A DNA stretch of 64,000 bases from the human T2T-CHM13v2.0 reference genome, Homo sapiens, in assembly GCF_009914755.1 (NCBI RefSeq), contig NC_060927.1; one strand, written 5' to 3'. This document shows, piece after piece, positions 41,950-61,500 of this stretch (the stretch's first letter is position 1; each line of letters starts with the position of its first letter). The notes under the pieces are model-generated. The model was not told the origin of the DNA. It worked only from the letters and a program-made list of their open reading frames with translations, and made no database searches. The translations under genes were made by a program, and so were the position numbers.

Positions 41950-42238
41950 AAATATCTCCTAACTGGTGATGACTTTCCTCACAATTTTTTTGAGAATTCC
42001 AATATCTCTGCTTGCAGCACTTTAAATCACCTGCCTCCACCTTATTTTTCTTTACTGTACCTACTGCTAATCATCTGACACATTACGTAATTTTAGTTGT
42101 ATACTCCCACTGGAATATAAACTCAATGTGGCAAAGATTGTTTTTTGGTGTTCATTCATTCATTGATGTATCTTCAATGCCTAGAACAGTGCCAGTACAT
42201 AGTAGGCATTCAAAAAATATTTGTTAATGAATAAATAA
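41950..42238 (+). mobile_element. LINE-2 3' end (L2a-like)
   Basis: cactggaatataaactc...tgcctagaacagtgccagtacatagtaggcattcaaaaaatatttgttaatgaataaat. Confidence 0.85.
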
Positions 42239-42347
42239 AAGATTTTTTTCTGGGAGCAAAGGATTTTGCCTAAACTAAAGCATGTGTGATTTTTAAAGTG
42301 GTAAAACTGATAATAACAATTTGGCTGAACAATATTCTTTTTAGGCA

Positions 42348-43369
<1,022 letters not shown>

Positions 43370-43384
43370 TGATACTGAGTAGAA

Positions 43385-44203
43385 CCATGGCTGCCCATGG
43401 ACCAATCAGCACTCAGTTCCTCCTTTCTGAGCCCATAAAAACCCTGGACTAGCCAGACTCAGACAGATGTGGGGACCACCAGCTGTGGGAAGGAGCTCCC
43501 CACTTCGGATCTCCTCCACTTGTTGGGATGACCTGCCTGTGGAAAGGAGCTACCCCCTTTGGTGTCTGTCACTCAGTGAAGCTCCCCTCCACCTTGTTCA
43601 CTCTCTAATTGTCTATGTACCTCGTTCTTCCTGGAGGCAGGACAAGAACTTCGGACCTGCTATATGGTGAGACTGAAAGACTGTAACACAAACAGGACTG
43701 AAACATGCCTCCACCAACGCTGGCCAAGTTATGGGTGACAGGAAGGAGAGAAGTGCTGTGGCCCTCTGGGGAGCCCAGACCTGGGGGCCCCCTGAACCAG
43801 GGCTGTGACACCCTATTTTGGGGCTCTGTGGCTCCTGGAATCTCCAAACTACTGGGCACCACTTCGTTGCCCTCTTCTAGATGCAGGTGCCCGCAGTGGA
43901 AGTTGCAGCCACTCATGGAGTTGGCACCTGTGCCGGTGCCTGGAACTGCCCGTCTTACTGCAGCAGCTGGCATGCCTGGCTGTGCGCAGTGGCCAGACCG
44001 TTCGCCCACACACCCCTCGCCATTCCATGCCTGGCTTGCCCTTGGCAGGTGTGGGATCTGGGCCAGTGGTGTGAAGCAAGTGCAGCCTGCCAGGCAGAGT
44101 GGGCAGAACGAGCCCAGCGGGCGTGAACAGTACTCAGGCAGAGGTTGCCACTGGCCACAGAGGTTTTCAGCTGGCCAAGCATCACTCCAAGGATCCTGTG
44201 ACA
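43385..44203 (+). mobile_element. MER52-type ERV1 LTR, partial
   Basis: catggaccaatcagca...gagcccataaaaaccctggact...ggagctaccc...gctgtgcgcagtggccagacc...ggatcctgtgaca. Confidence 0.8.
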
Positions 44204-44529
44204 AAATTAAATGTAACATATATCTCACTATGATCTGTAAAGTCAATACCCCAAATAAACTGATGAAATTAGATTTACAGTTTTTACATTCTGTAAAACA
44301 AATACTTCAACGCTGAATTATTTAACAATTACGTATTTCTATAGATGAATTTTGAAGCACTCCACCAGAAAGTGAAAACCAAAGTATAAACTGAAACACA
44401 AACAAAATCTAAATAATTACCTCTGAATTCTTTGTATGTGTATTCTATTTTTAGAGACATTGTAAAAGACTACACTTGGTGAAGGAAGAGAAAGCAGTTT
44501 TTTCTCCTATATCATTTATACTTTTTGTG

Positions 44530-45025
44530 TTACAAAGAAAGAAAACCAAACGATGTGAATTTTTATTGGCTTAAACGTGTGAAATTTTAGAGGAAGCACA
44601 GGTCTTTGAGCGTGGCCTCGCAGCCCAACAATATTACCGCAGAACAAGTTCTCTCTGATCCTTCATCTTGCTTTTCATGGGTCTTGCCTTTTCCTCAGGC
44701 TCTGTAAGGTGCCTGTTCCCCAAAACTCGAGGCACAACCCTGATTTGAATCATAATGATTATAATAATGCCATACTGCATATCTTCATGCCACACAATCC
44801 TATTCCTGTGAAAGAAATAATTCCTATGAAAGAAAAAAAAAGATACCTTCTATTAAACTCTATAAAGAAAAAAAAAAAGCTGAAGTTTTCCCTTTCTCAG
44901 AGTCTCTGTAAAATTCTTGCTTCTCATTGCCCCAGTTGGGTTATAAGCCCATTTCTCAAAATAAAAATTACTTTGGCCGGAACGTGGCATTCCTCACTGG
45001 CTGTGGTCCATACTAAGCCATGTGT
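44530..45025 (-). mobile_element. Old MaLR LTR (MLT1K/L-like)
   Basis: ttttattggctta...ctcaggctct...tctcattgccccagttggg...cccatttctc..ttggcc; heavily diverged. Confidence 0.4.
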
Positions 45026-45351
45026 AATGTTATAGGTAGGTTAAACCTACCAGAAACCATATCAATTTAAAAAAAAAAAATTAGAAAAAACAATGTGAGT
45101 ATTCATATGCTACATCAGTAATTGTTAATATTGCAAATAAATTATACATAACTCTGGAATTCACAACCATTGGAAATACATAAGAAGCAGCAAGTGTTAT
45201 TAAGAATCAATACAAAATTTCAAGCTCTTTATCCAAAATATTTTATTGTATATATGCCAACATGAAAATCCTAATTACATATTTTGACTGAACTTTTAAG
45301 CTGATGTAGTTAAATAAAATATTTTATATTTTTCTTTAATGTGTTTTGAAA

Positions 45352-45472
45352 TTATTCATTTCATTTATTGAATATGTACTGAGTACCTACTTTGTGCTAA
45401 TCACTGTTAGGAACACTATAGATATGGTGGTGAACAAAACAAAATTTTCCTGTCTTTATAGAGCTTACATTT
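45352..45472 (-). mobile_element. LINE-2 3' end
   Basis: ttcatt...tactgagtacctactttgtgcta...gatatggtggtgaacaaaaca...agagcttacatt. Confidence 0.75.
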
Positions 45473-46789
45473 TTTGGCCAAGGCTTATATTCCAGTCCAT
45501 GTATTGTGTTCATATGGTTATCATTTATAGAAAAATCTACAATTATGATGAGCTAATTAAAGAATGTCATTTTCCACATATTCTCAATTTTATTAGTAAA
45601 CTTTATATGTTGAAACTCTGAATTGTATTTATACATCTATTCTTTTAACAAATAATGTTGTAGACTTACCATGAGCTAAACATTCTGCCACCTGCTAAGG
45701 AAACAAAGGTAAGCATGTGAGCAGTGTCCTTTTTTTACTATAATTGTGGCTCAAGGGAGAATGTATATTCTAAATCTAAAAGAGTTGTCAGCAATTTTAT
45801 TCACCAAAATATTAACTTCAAATTTCTCAGAAAGTAATTGCTAAAAAAGTGAAATTGCCAATTTAAAGAAAGTAAAGATAGGTAGACAGATATGAAATAT
45901 ACATATAATGTATTTTATGTGTAATTTTAAAGATACATGCATATTTAAAGACTATAGTTCAGTTTTACATCAAGTAGTTGCTTCAGCTCTTCACAAATCA
46001 GCCCAGTCGTCGTTTCTGCAAATCTCTGTGTATCCATATGTAGTACCTATGGCAACAGAGGTGCTAGCACAAACACTGGCATCCTGAGCTCTTGTGGAGA
46101 AATTTCCAAAAGGGAAAGTCTCTTGGATGGACTTCGTTTCTAAGAAGGCATAATTTTTGTTGACACAGAAATTTAAAGTTAGAAATGTAAAATTTAAAGC
46201 CAGATTTTTATCTTACACAGGACTTTGAAATTACAAAACAAAAATGAAACAAAACAAAAGTCATTTTCCACGTCAGCCCCAGGAGTTAACACAATGTTCA
46301 GGAGACGAAAAGAATGGGAATTTTGCAAAGCCTCTATGTGCACAAACTACAAGTTTCAAGTAAACTATATTCTTAGATCAGGAAAAAGTCATATGGTTTC
46401 ATATGGATTAAAGAGTTACATCATAATTTATAATTTAAATTATAATTTATAATCTAACTAATTATGTTTTCTTCCATGAAACAAAATGCAGCAATTAAAA
46501 ATAAATAGATTTCTGTGTGTTGAGATACAAATATTTCTAGGTTATATTAGTAAATAAAATGGCAAGTTGCAGAACAATATTTATGAATTTATATTTCTGG
46601 TTTGAAAAACAAGAGGATTTATCTTTATTTCACGTGTATATTTCCTGGAATAATAAGATATTCCAGGTTTAGAAGGAGCTAAACTAAACCATGCTCTGTG
46701 GGTATTAATAAGGACTTTCGATTATGTTAAAGATAAAATGGTCCACTATAGACTTTTAAGAGGAATTGATATAACCTAATTTTACTTTA

Positions 46790-49420
<2,631 letters not shown>

Positions 49421-49987
49421 AATATATAGGAATAATTAATAATAGCTGCCACTAGGATGTGGGAGTAAAAGTGAATATGGCTAAAAAGATTTTCTGCTGT
49501 TCTTTTAGGAGCTTACATTCAACTTTATAGAACTTAAAAATTGTTTATAATACATGTGATTTACTTTTCAAACTAAAAAAAAAAACTAGTACCAAAAAGA
49601 ACATGACAAATTAGGGATGTATTCATAATATTAGTGGCTACCTATAGTGTATACATGCACACACACACATATATATACATGTATAGCAGTATACAAGGCA
49701 ATAATAATCCCACTGGACAAAAATTTATTTCAAATTAATAAGCTGCCAAATTTCAAATGGCCAAAGGATTTATAAAAGTAATTCACCAGAGGGGAGGAGC
49801 CAAGATGGCCGAATAGGAACAGCTCTGGTCTACAGCTCCCAGCGTGAGTGACGCAGAAGGCGGGTGATTTCTGCATTTCCATTTGAGGTACCGGGTTCAT
49901 CTCACTAGGGAGTGCCAGACAGTGGGCGCAGGACAGTGGGTGCAGTGCACCATGCACCAGCCGAAGCAGGGTGAGGCATTGCCTCAC

Positions 49988-50242
49988 TCAGGAAGCGCAA
50001 GGGGTCAGGGAGTTCCCTTTCCTGGTCAAGGAAAGGGGTGACAGACGGCACCTGGAAAATCGGGCCACTCCCATCCAAATACTGCGCTTTTCTGACAGGC
50101 TTAGGAAATGACACACCAGGAGATTATATCCCGCACCTGGCTTGGAGGGTCCTACACCCACGGAGTCTCGCTGATTGCTAGCACAGCAGTCTGAGATCAA
50201 ACTGCAAGGCAGCAGCAAGGCTGGGGGAGGGGTGCCCGCCAT
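49988..50242 (-). CDS. ORF0: L1 antisense ORF0 (84 aa, open); expression unproven
   Basis: MAGTPPPALLLPCSLISDCCASNQRDSVGVGPSKPGAGYNLLV...; donor-like CAG|GT after CDS nt 106 (50137) and 191 (50052). Confidence 0.5.
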   Translation of the reverse strand: MAGTPPPALLLPCSLISDCCASNQRDSVGVGPSKPGAGYNLLVCHFLSLSEKRSIWMGVARFSRCRLSPLSLTRKGNSLTPCAS

Positions 50243-50824
50243 TGCCCAGGCTCGCTTAGGTAAACAAAGCAGCCTGGAAGCTGGAACTGGGTGGAGCCCA
50301 CCACAGCTCAAGGAGGCCTGCCTGCCTCTGTAGGCTCCACCTCTGGGGGCAGGGCACAAACAAACAAAAAGACAGCAGTAACTTCTGCAGACTTAAATGT
50401 TCCTGTCTGACAGCTTTGAGGAGAGCAGTGGTTCTCCCAGTATGCAGCTGGAGATCTGAGAACAGGCAGACTGCCTCCTCAAGTGGGTCCCTGACCCCTG
50501 ACCTCCAAGCAGCCTAACTGGGAGGCACCCCCCAGTAGGGGCAGACTGACACCTCACATGGCCGGGTACTCCTCTGAGACAAAACTTCCAGAGGAACAAT
50601 CAGACAGCAGCATTCGCGGATCACGAAATCCGTGGTTTGGCAGACACTGCTGCTGATACCCAGGCAAACAGGGTCTGGAGTGGACCTCCAGCAAACTACA
50701 ACAGACCTGCAGCTGAGTGTCCTGTCTGTTAGAAGGAAAATTAACAAACAGAAAGGATATCCACACCAAAAACCCATCTGTACATCACCATCATCAAAGA
50801 CCAAAAGTAGATAAAACCACAAAG

Positions 50825-51814
50825 ATGGGGAAAAAACAGAGCAGAAAAACTGGAAACTCTAAAAAGCAGAGCACCTCTCCTCCTCCAAAGGAACGCAATT
50901 CCTCACCAGCAATGGAACAAAGCTGGACGGAATGACTTTGATGAGTTGAGAGAAGAAGTCTTCAGACAATCAAACTACTCCGAGCTGCAGGAGGAAATTC
51001 AAACCAAAGGCAAAGAAGTTGAAAATTTTGAAAAAAATTTAGACGAATGTATAACTGGAATAACTAATGAAGAGAAGTGCTTAAAGGAGCTGATGGAGCT
51101 GAAAGCCAAGGCTGGAGAACTACGTGAAGAATGCAGAAGCCTCAGGAGCCAATGCGATCAACTGGAAGAAAGGGTATCAGTGATGTAAGATGAAATGAAT
51201 GAAATGAAGCAAGAAGGGAAGTTTAGAGAAAAAAGAATAAAAAGAAATGAACAAAGCCTCCAAGAAATACGGGACTATGTGAAAAGACCAAATCTGCCTC
51301 TGATTGGTGTATCTGAAAGTGACAGGGAGAATGGAACCAAGTTGGAAAACATTCTGGAGAACTTCCCCAATCTAGCAAGGCAGGCCAACATTCAGATTCA
51401 GGAAATACAGAGAACTCCACAAAGATACTCCTCCAGAACAGCAACTCCAAGACACATAATTGTCAGACTCACCAAAGTTGAAATGAAGGAAAGAATGTTA
51501 TGGGCAGCCAGAGAAAGGTCGGGTTACCCACAAAGGGAAGACTATCAGACTGACAGCGGATCTCTCGGCAGAAACTCAACAAGCCAGAAGAGAGTGGGGG
51601 CCAATATTCAACAAGCTTAAAGAAAAGAATTTTAATTTCATATCCAGCCAAACTAAGCTTCATAAGTGAAGGAGAAATAAAATACTTTACAGACAAGCAA
51701 ATGCTGAGAGATTTTGTCACCACCAGGCCTGCCCTAAAAGAGCTCCTGAAGGAAGCACTAAACATGGAAAGGCACAACCAGTACCAACTGCTGCAAAATC
51801 ATGCCAAAATGTAA
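50825..51814 (+). pseudogene. ORF1: L1 ORF1, disrupted
   Basis: MGKKQSRKTGNSK; frameshift at ~50930, stop at 51186-51188, further indels. Confidence 0.9.
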
Positions 51815-51877
51815 AGACCATCAAGACTAGGAAGAAACTGCATCAACTAACGAGCAAAATAACCAGCTAACATCATA

Positions 51878-55703
<3,826 letters not shown>

Positions 55704-55935
55704 ACAATGAGAACACATGGACACAGGAAGGGGAACATCACACTCTGGGGACTGTTGTGGGGTGGGGGAAGGGGGGAGGGATAGCATTAGGAGATATACC
55801 TAATGCTAAATAACGAGTTAATGGGTGCAGCACAGCAGCATGGCACATGTATACATATGTAACTAACCTGCACATTGTGCACATGTACCCTAAAACTTAA
55901 TGTATAATAATAATAAAAAAAAGAAGAAAAAAAAA

Positions 55936-56091
55936 GAATGCAGAAGATAGAATCACGAGAATAGAAAAATAGTGCATACCAACAGGACAATGTTGACTTG
56001 CTCTAGGAAAGAGGTCATACTTACACTATTACCTACAATTTTATTAATTTTGCGATAATTAAATGTCATTTTGCAAGACTTAAAAAAAAAA
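55936..56091 (+). other. L1-mediated 3' transduction (~146 bp non-L1 sequence plus second poly-A)
   Basis: Lies between the L1 tail and the right TSD; ATTAAA at 56058-56063, A10 at 56082-56091. Confidence 0.85.
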
Positions 56092-56101
56092 GTAATTCAC
56101 C

Positions 56102-56850
56102 GAGATGGATACAAATGAACAAGGAAAATATGAAAAAAGTGCTCCACCTTATTGGATATAAAAATGTCTATGCAGAAAACAGTGAAACACCCCTTTTATC
56201 TATCAGATTATCAAAGATTAAAAAATTGATTTTTTTCAGATACACCCAAGATACTAATAAAAGTGTAAAAGATACAGATTTCTCAAAACAATCTGAACTT
56301 TTATATTAAAATTTTAAATAAATATGTTGACAAATTAATTTTCCTTCCACGGATTTGTAGAAAATGATAGAATAATATAGAGAGAGATGCTCATTGAGTA
56401 TTGTGAAAGCAACAATAAATTTTAAATAATCCATATGATCATCAACACGACTTGGTTAAATAAAATGCAGTATCCTCTCTCTGTAACACGGAATACTACA
56501 CATTATTACAAATTAGGAGAAGAGATAAGCTAGATCCAGATCTGTAAACTCAAAATATATTAATATTATTTAGTAAGTCATTTTTGAACTAGCATGTATT
56601 TCATAATCCCATTTATAAAAATATATATGTATGTTCATGTATAGATACGCTTTCAAAGTTCAGAATATATATTTTTTCAGGCTTAACTGTAGCTATTTTT
56701 TAAAGATCGGGAGAGTATTAGTGGCAGGGAGTACAGGTAACATCTGAAGGGGATTTTCACTTTTTGCATAAATCTCTATAGTTAATTTTTTAAAATAGGC
56801 AGATACAATAATGACTTAAAGATATTATTATTTTGGAAAAATAAATATCA
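56102..56850 (+). mobile_element. Old L1ME-like 3' region (host of the L1PA3; left part at ~49700-49787)
   Basis: Rejoined empty site aaatggccaaagga...aattcacc|gagatggatacaaatg...atatgaaaaaagtgctc reads as continuous old L1 ORF2 end. Confidence 0.65.
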
Positions 56851-56919
56851 ATCCAGTAGCCTAATGAAAACTAAGAAAAAGCCGTTTTGGGAGAATGCAT
56901 ACAATCAGCCTTTGTGAAA

Positions 56920-57130
56920 ACAGAAAAGGATTTAGAATCACATACTGGGTTAGAATCGTTATTCTACCACATACAAGTTGTGCAGATCTAGAAATTTATT
57001 TAAATCCTCTGATTTTCGGAGAATTTACAGTGTACACAGCAATAATACTACCCACGTCAGAGAGATGAGAGGATTACAGAAGTCAGTAGCTATAAAATGT
57101 ACCACAGGTGTTCAAGAAAGGCTGGTTTCC
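56920..57130 (+). mobile_element. MIR
   Basis: gatttagaatcaca..ctgggttagaatc...tctaccacatac.agttgtg...ataatactaccc...gaggatta. Confidence 0.65.
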
Positions 57131-58493
57131 TTATTTTTAATGTGATATGATCTAATGTACTCATTAAATATTCAAATAATTAGAAGATTTTCTAAATATC
57201 TAAATTATACCCAAGAAATGTCTGAATAATGCACTGGAACTTTCTTAGATTGCCATGCTTTAGCTGCTAGACAAGGACATCACCTTACAATGTAGCATTT
57301 TGATATTTCGAGACCTGCATCCAGAAAATGGAATCCAAGAAAGGTAACCTTATAGTGAAATCTATCTATACAAATGGCATTAGGCACAGTCCTAATGGGC
57401 GGAGAAATGTTATTAAATTTTCACAAGCTGAATATGAATAAAGCTGATATCAAAATTATAAAAAATATAAGAATGAAACCGTTTATCTTTTACATGGACA
57501 CATGCCCTGTTCCTGCTGTTGCCCGTAAGCAGGCAGCATACACTGGTACAGGTGGCCCTTTATAATTGTGTGCATAAAATAACTGAGTCATTTTCTGATT
57601 GGTAAATAATATGCAATGTCAGACTCTCCACACCATCTGTGTCACTCACCACCACAGTTTTCTGCAAAACAGCCAGCAGCACAAGCCCAGCACCTCATTG
57701 TTGGAGAAGTCACAGGAAGAAGTACTTGGCATCCTTCGCAAAACTTAAATCTGTTCACAGTATTGAACCTGACATATGCCCCAAAGCAGAACGTGTATGC
57801 TACCCTAATGATCTCTCCTGCTGTTTTATAATCAGAGACATAGATGGAGGGAAGGCTGCCATTTTTTCATTTGGCACTGGTCAGCCTCCTGGACTGTCTT
57901 TTTGGCCAACAAAAAAAACCCTCATATTTAGGAGAGCTAATATGCAGATTACTGAACACAACCATGTTGCTATTTTCATCACAATTTCCGAGATGTAAGA
58001 TTTGTGCTTATTGCAAAATCCTTGCTCCAGCTTTCTTCAATTTGGGGGATTCTTCTTCCACATCACATGAAGGAAGAGTTGTTAACTGCCAATCATTTGT
58101 CTTGACAGTTTAGACAGGCTCCTTGAAGTTTGAGAGAGCCTAGGTGGTACTTGCCTTGTCAACTTCTCTTTTCATTGAAGGAAAGGAGCACTGAGTCAGA
58201 GGGCATATGTTGGCTTCAATCTCAACAAGTCTGGTACTGACAGAAGCTAAAAGTCATGGCCTCAGCATGCACCACACAGGGAAAATCCTGGAAAGACTTC
58301 TCCTTCCATCCTTCTTTTTTGTTGTTTCCTTTCATATTATTCACAATGAGCCCTATCCATATGGTGGTAGTGCCAGATCCAGGAGATATTAGGTTTTGCC
58401 AAATCTCTTCTAGACTAAGGCTTTCACATTATCCTTTGGTACTAAAATTAGCTAAAAAATTAACATGCTTTGAGGACCTCATGATTTCCATAG

Positions 58494-58496
<3 letters not shown>

Positions 58497-58526
<30 letters not shown>
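58497..58526 (+). repeat. (CA)15 microsatellite
   Basis: Direct count. Confidence 0.95.
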
Positions 58527-58531
<5 letters not shown>

Positions 58532-61500
58532 TAATTCAATAGAGAAAAACTCGGAATTTTCACACTGACTTTTAAAAGTAATTCACACAAAAATAATATA
58601 ATTCTAAATTATAAGTAGATTTCATAAGCAAAACCAACAGCTAAATGCAACTGATCATCTAGATGCAAGCAAATCTGAAAAACCACACAAGGCACATATA
58701 TCATACTATAACAAAGCTGTCATAAACAGGCTTGCTTGAGGATCACTATTCACTTTTTTATAGTGATAAGAGTAAATGTCATGATTATTATATTAATCCA
58801 TCTAATGCTGAACATGATTTGAAGTCTGTTCCTAGAGATAACTATAAAAATATGATATCTAAAAAAAAGTGTCATGATATCACTGTACAGAATTCCATGT
58901 TTATTATCAATGAAATGTAGACTAATCCAAGCACAGGTAAGAAAATAAAGTTAAAGCTGCAATTATAAACTTAAAATGATATACACAGAAAAAAAATTTT
59001 ATAGCTCTTTCCAAATAGACATATTTGTAAACATAAATGTAATATCACACTAGTTATTTCACACTTAAATTTGCTCCATAGTATTACATTTTTTCCATGT
59101 AAATTAGTAAAAGATGATATCCAGAAAGTACACACTTTAAAGACAATTTATTAGGCTCACTCTGATCTCTACCAGCCTGCGGCGGTGTGTCCTTGAACGT
59201 AGTTTTCTGAACATTTAGCTTCTATATTCTTATTTTTTCACTGGATTCCTAGAATCTGGTTGCTGTTATTTTGTGTTTGTGTGTTTGAGAGGTAGTTCTC
59301 CCCAGTGCCTTTTATTTAATGAATGATTCACCAAGTGTCAGGTGCTAACTGGGTCCAGATTCTACACTGTCCACTTCTCTGACAGTTAGTTATGGCTGTT
59401 CGTGATCTCCTGCTGTTCCTATCCTGCAGGCAAGTATCTGAGGGTGTTGTGTAGTCTTTGTTAAGACGCAGAGGGAACGTAGCACCCTCAGTGTTTTATT
59501 GCATACTGAAACAGCTCTTACTGTATACTGGCACACAACCAAAAAATTTTTGAGGAGATCAAGATACAGGGACCTGTACGTAAATCCTGTGTGATACAGG
59601 AGTAAAGAAGACCCATCGACGGAAAGGAGTGGGTGGAAAAGGATTTGACTCCCCTGATTACTTATAATAGCAGGTGAGGTCATTAGCCCCCACAGTACTT
59701 GTTTGAAACCTAAACAGGTACAGCAACTCACCATTAGAATCAATCCATTACTGAATTAGAAATATGACTGAATTTAGCAACAAATTTGTGCCAACATTAC
59801 TTCTAGCAGCAGTAGGTTTTCAGCAGCAGATTGGCACCGTGACAGAGTCCATAATTTTCACAGTATGTGTTTCATAATTTGTCATGCACACTCTGATTGC
59901 TTGGCATATTGGCAGAGTCCACAGCGCTCTCTAAATGTCACCAAACGCATTTGAGGATTTGTCATGCATGGTCTGAGCAAGTGACACAACACAGCAGAGT
60001 GGCCACGTTCAGAGCTGATTTTTGCACTCCCTCTAAGTGAGTGCTCTTGAGCTCAGCCACCAGTGATGAGGGCCTGGTGGGAGCTGCACAGCCCTTCTCT
60101 TGGAGCTGCTGATTTTTAATTCTGTGTCAAGTGATCATATGGATGCTGCCAGGAGAAAATACTATTACACTGCAGGTGTGACATGCATAGTACAGAGATT
60201 CTTGCCTGATAATATTCTTTTCAAATCATGCCTTGTAGTGTACTTAACATTTTTTTTTCACATAGACTCAAAGAGCATTTCGCAAATTAGGAGTAAGAAG
60301 TAGGAGAGTAATAAATATGAATAGAGGGTGGAGAAAGCTATATTATAAGAAACTCCTCAGTTAAGAGATCAAAAGACGAGATATCTTGGCTGATTTTAAC
60401 AGAAAGGTAAAGAATTGTTGGGATCAGAGAATCCTGAGTTTGTCGTAATAACATCTGGTTTCTGTAGAAACAGCTTCTGAGTTTAGGCAAACCATCCTTT
60501 TTATTTATTTATTTATTTATTTATTTTTTTGGCCTCAGTTAATGAGGAGGTTGGATGAGAGCTCCTCTTTGGATCTATGTGTTCCATTGTTCTAAAACAG
60601 GAGCATGAGTTTATTAATATCTTTTAGTCATCTGACCTGTTTTCCTGCAATGATTGCATAATGATTTTCCAGTATTTAGTAAAAGCTTCAAGAGCTACAT
60701 CTGCTGGAAGCTTTTAGTTGTCTGGGATTCCAGTCATTATCTTATCACTTTTATTCACTGTCTTTTAGGGGGAGAAAGAAAATTAGTCTCTTTTGTACAT
60801 TTGGGTCCCGTGGATGCACCTGTTACTATGAAATCTGTTTGATGATAAATAACTCACATATGCTCAAGAGCGTTGTCTTGACATGTGCAGGGAAAGACCT
60901 TCACAGACATATGTTGTAAAAAGCATTCACTGTGACTTTGTATTTGCTCATGGATCAGTGAAAGTAGAAGAGGACTTGGAGGCTAACAAAGACTATAGAG
61001 GCAGGGAGGGAAGCTGAGGTTTTTACTGGGAAATTTTTTGAGAGATCCACCGTCAGATCTGCACTTAGATACAATACACAAAAATTCCAGATATGGAAGC
61101 ACACAGACATACACTACTCACAAACATATACCTATTAGCCAAAGATACAATATATAAAAAGTGTTGTGAACCATGTGGAATTTTTTATTCGAAAAAATAC
61201 AGAAAACTAGGGTCATTTTAAAAAGAGATATAGCTTTACCGAGAAAAAAAGTATTGCCTCCTCTGAAAAGGCCTCTAAAAATTATATTTATTGAAAATGT
61301 TTATTCTAATTTTTCTGTGATCAACTTTATTGGGGCAAAGAGAATCATCACCATTCTTCCTTGATTTCTAGGGGAAGAAAAGGTTGTTTTTCCACTAGCA
61401 CTTTTATGTGGAAAATTTTCTACCATTTACATACATTGCCAACCCCTTACTATAAACCAGGTGACCACTAAACCTTATATATTCAAATCTCACCACAGCA

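Noticed and set aside
43605-44316. Overlapping 203- and 213-aa ORFs on opposite strands
   Set aside because: Lie in a GC-rich MER52 LTR with few stop codons; no recognisable domain.
55747-55780. G-quadruplex-forming G-runs
   Set aside because: Standard L1PA 3'UTR polypurine tract, not locus-specific.
57616-58534. Several 60-119 aa ORFs and a possible coding exon in unique DNA
   Set aside because: No recognisable protein similarity in any frame and no convincing acceptor paired with the donor at 57650.
58573-58586. Third copy of taaaagtaattcac suggesting a 2.6-kb transduction
   Set aside because: No preceding poly-A; the host old L1 rejoins at 56102, so 56088-56101 is the true TSD.
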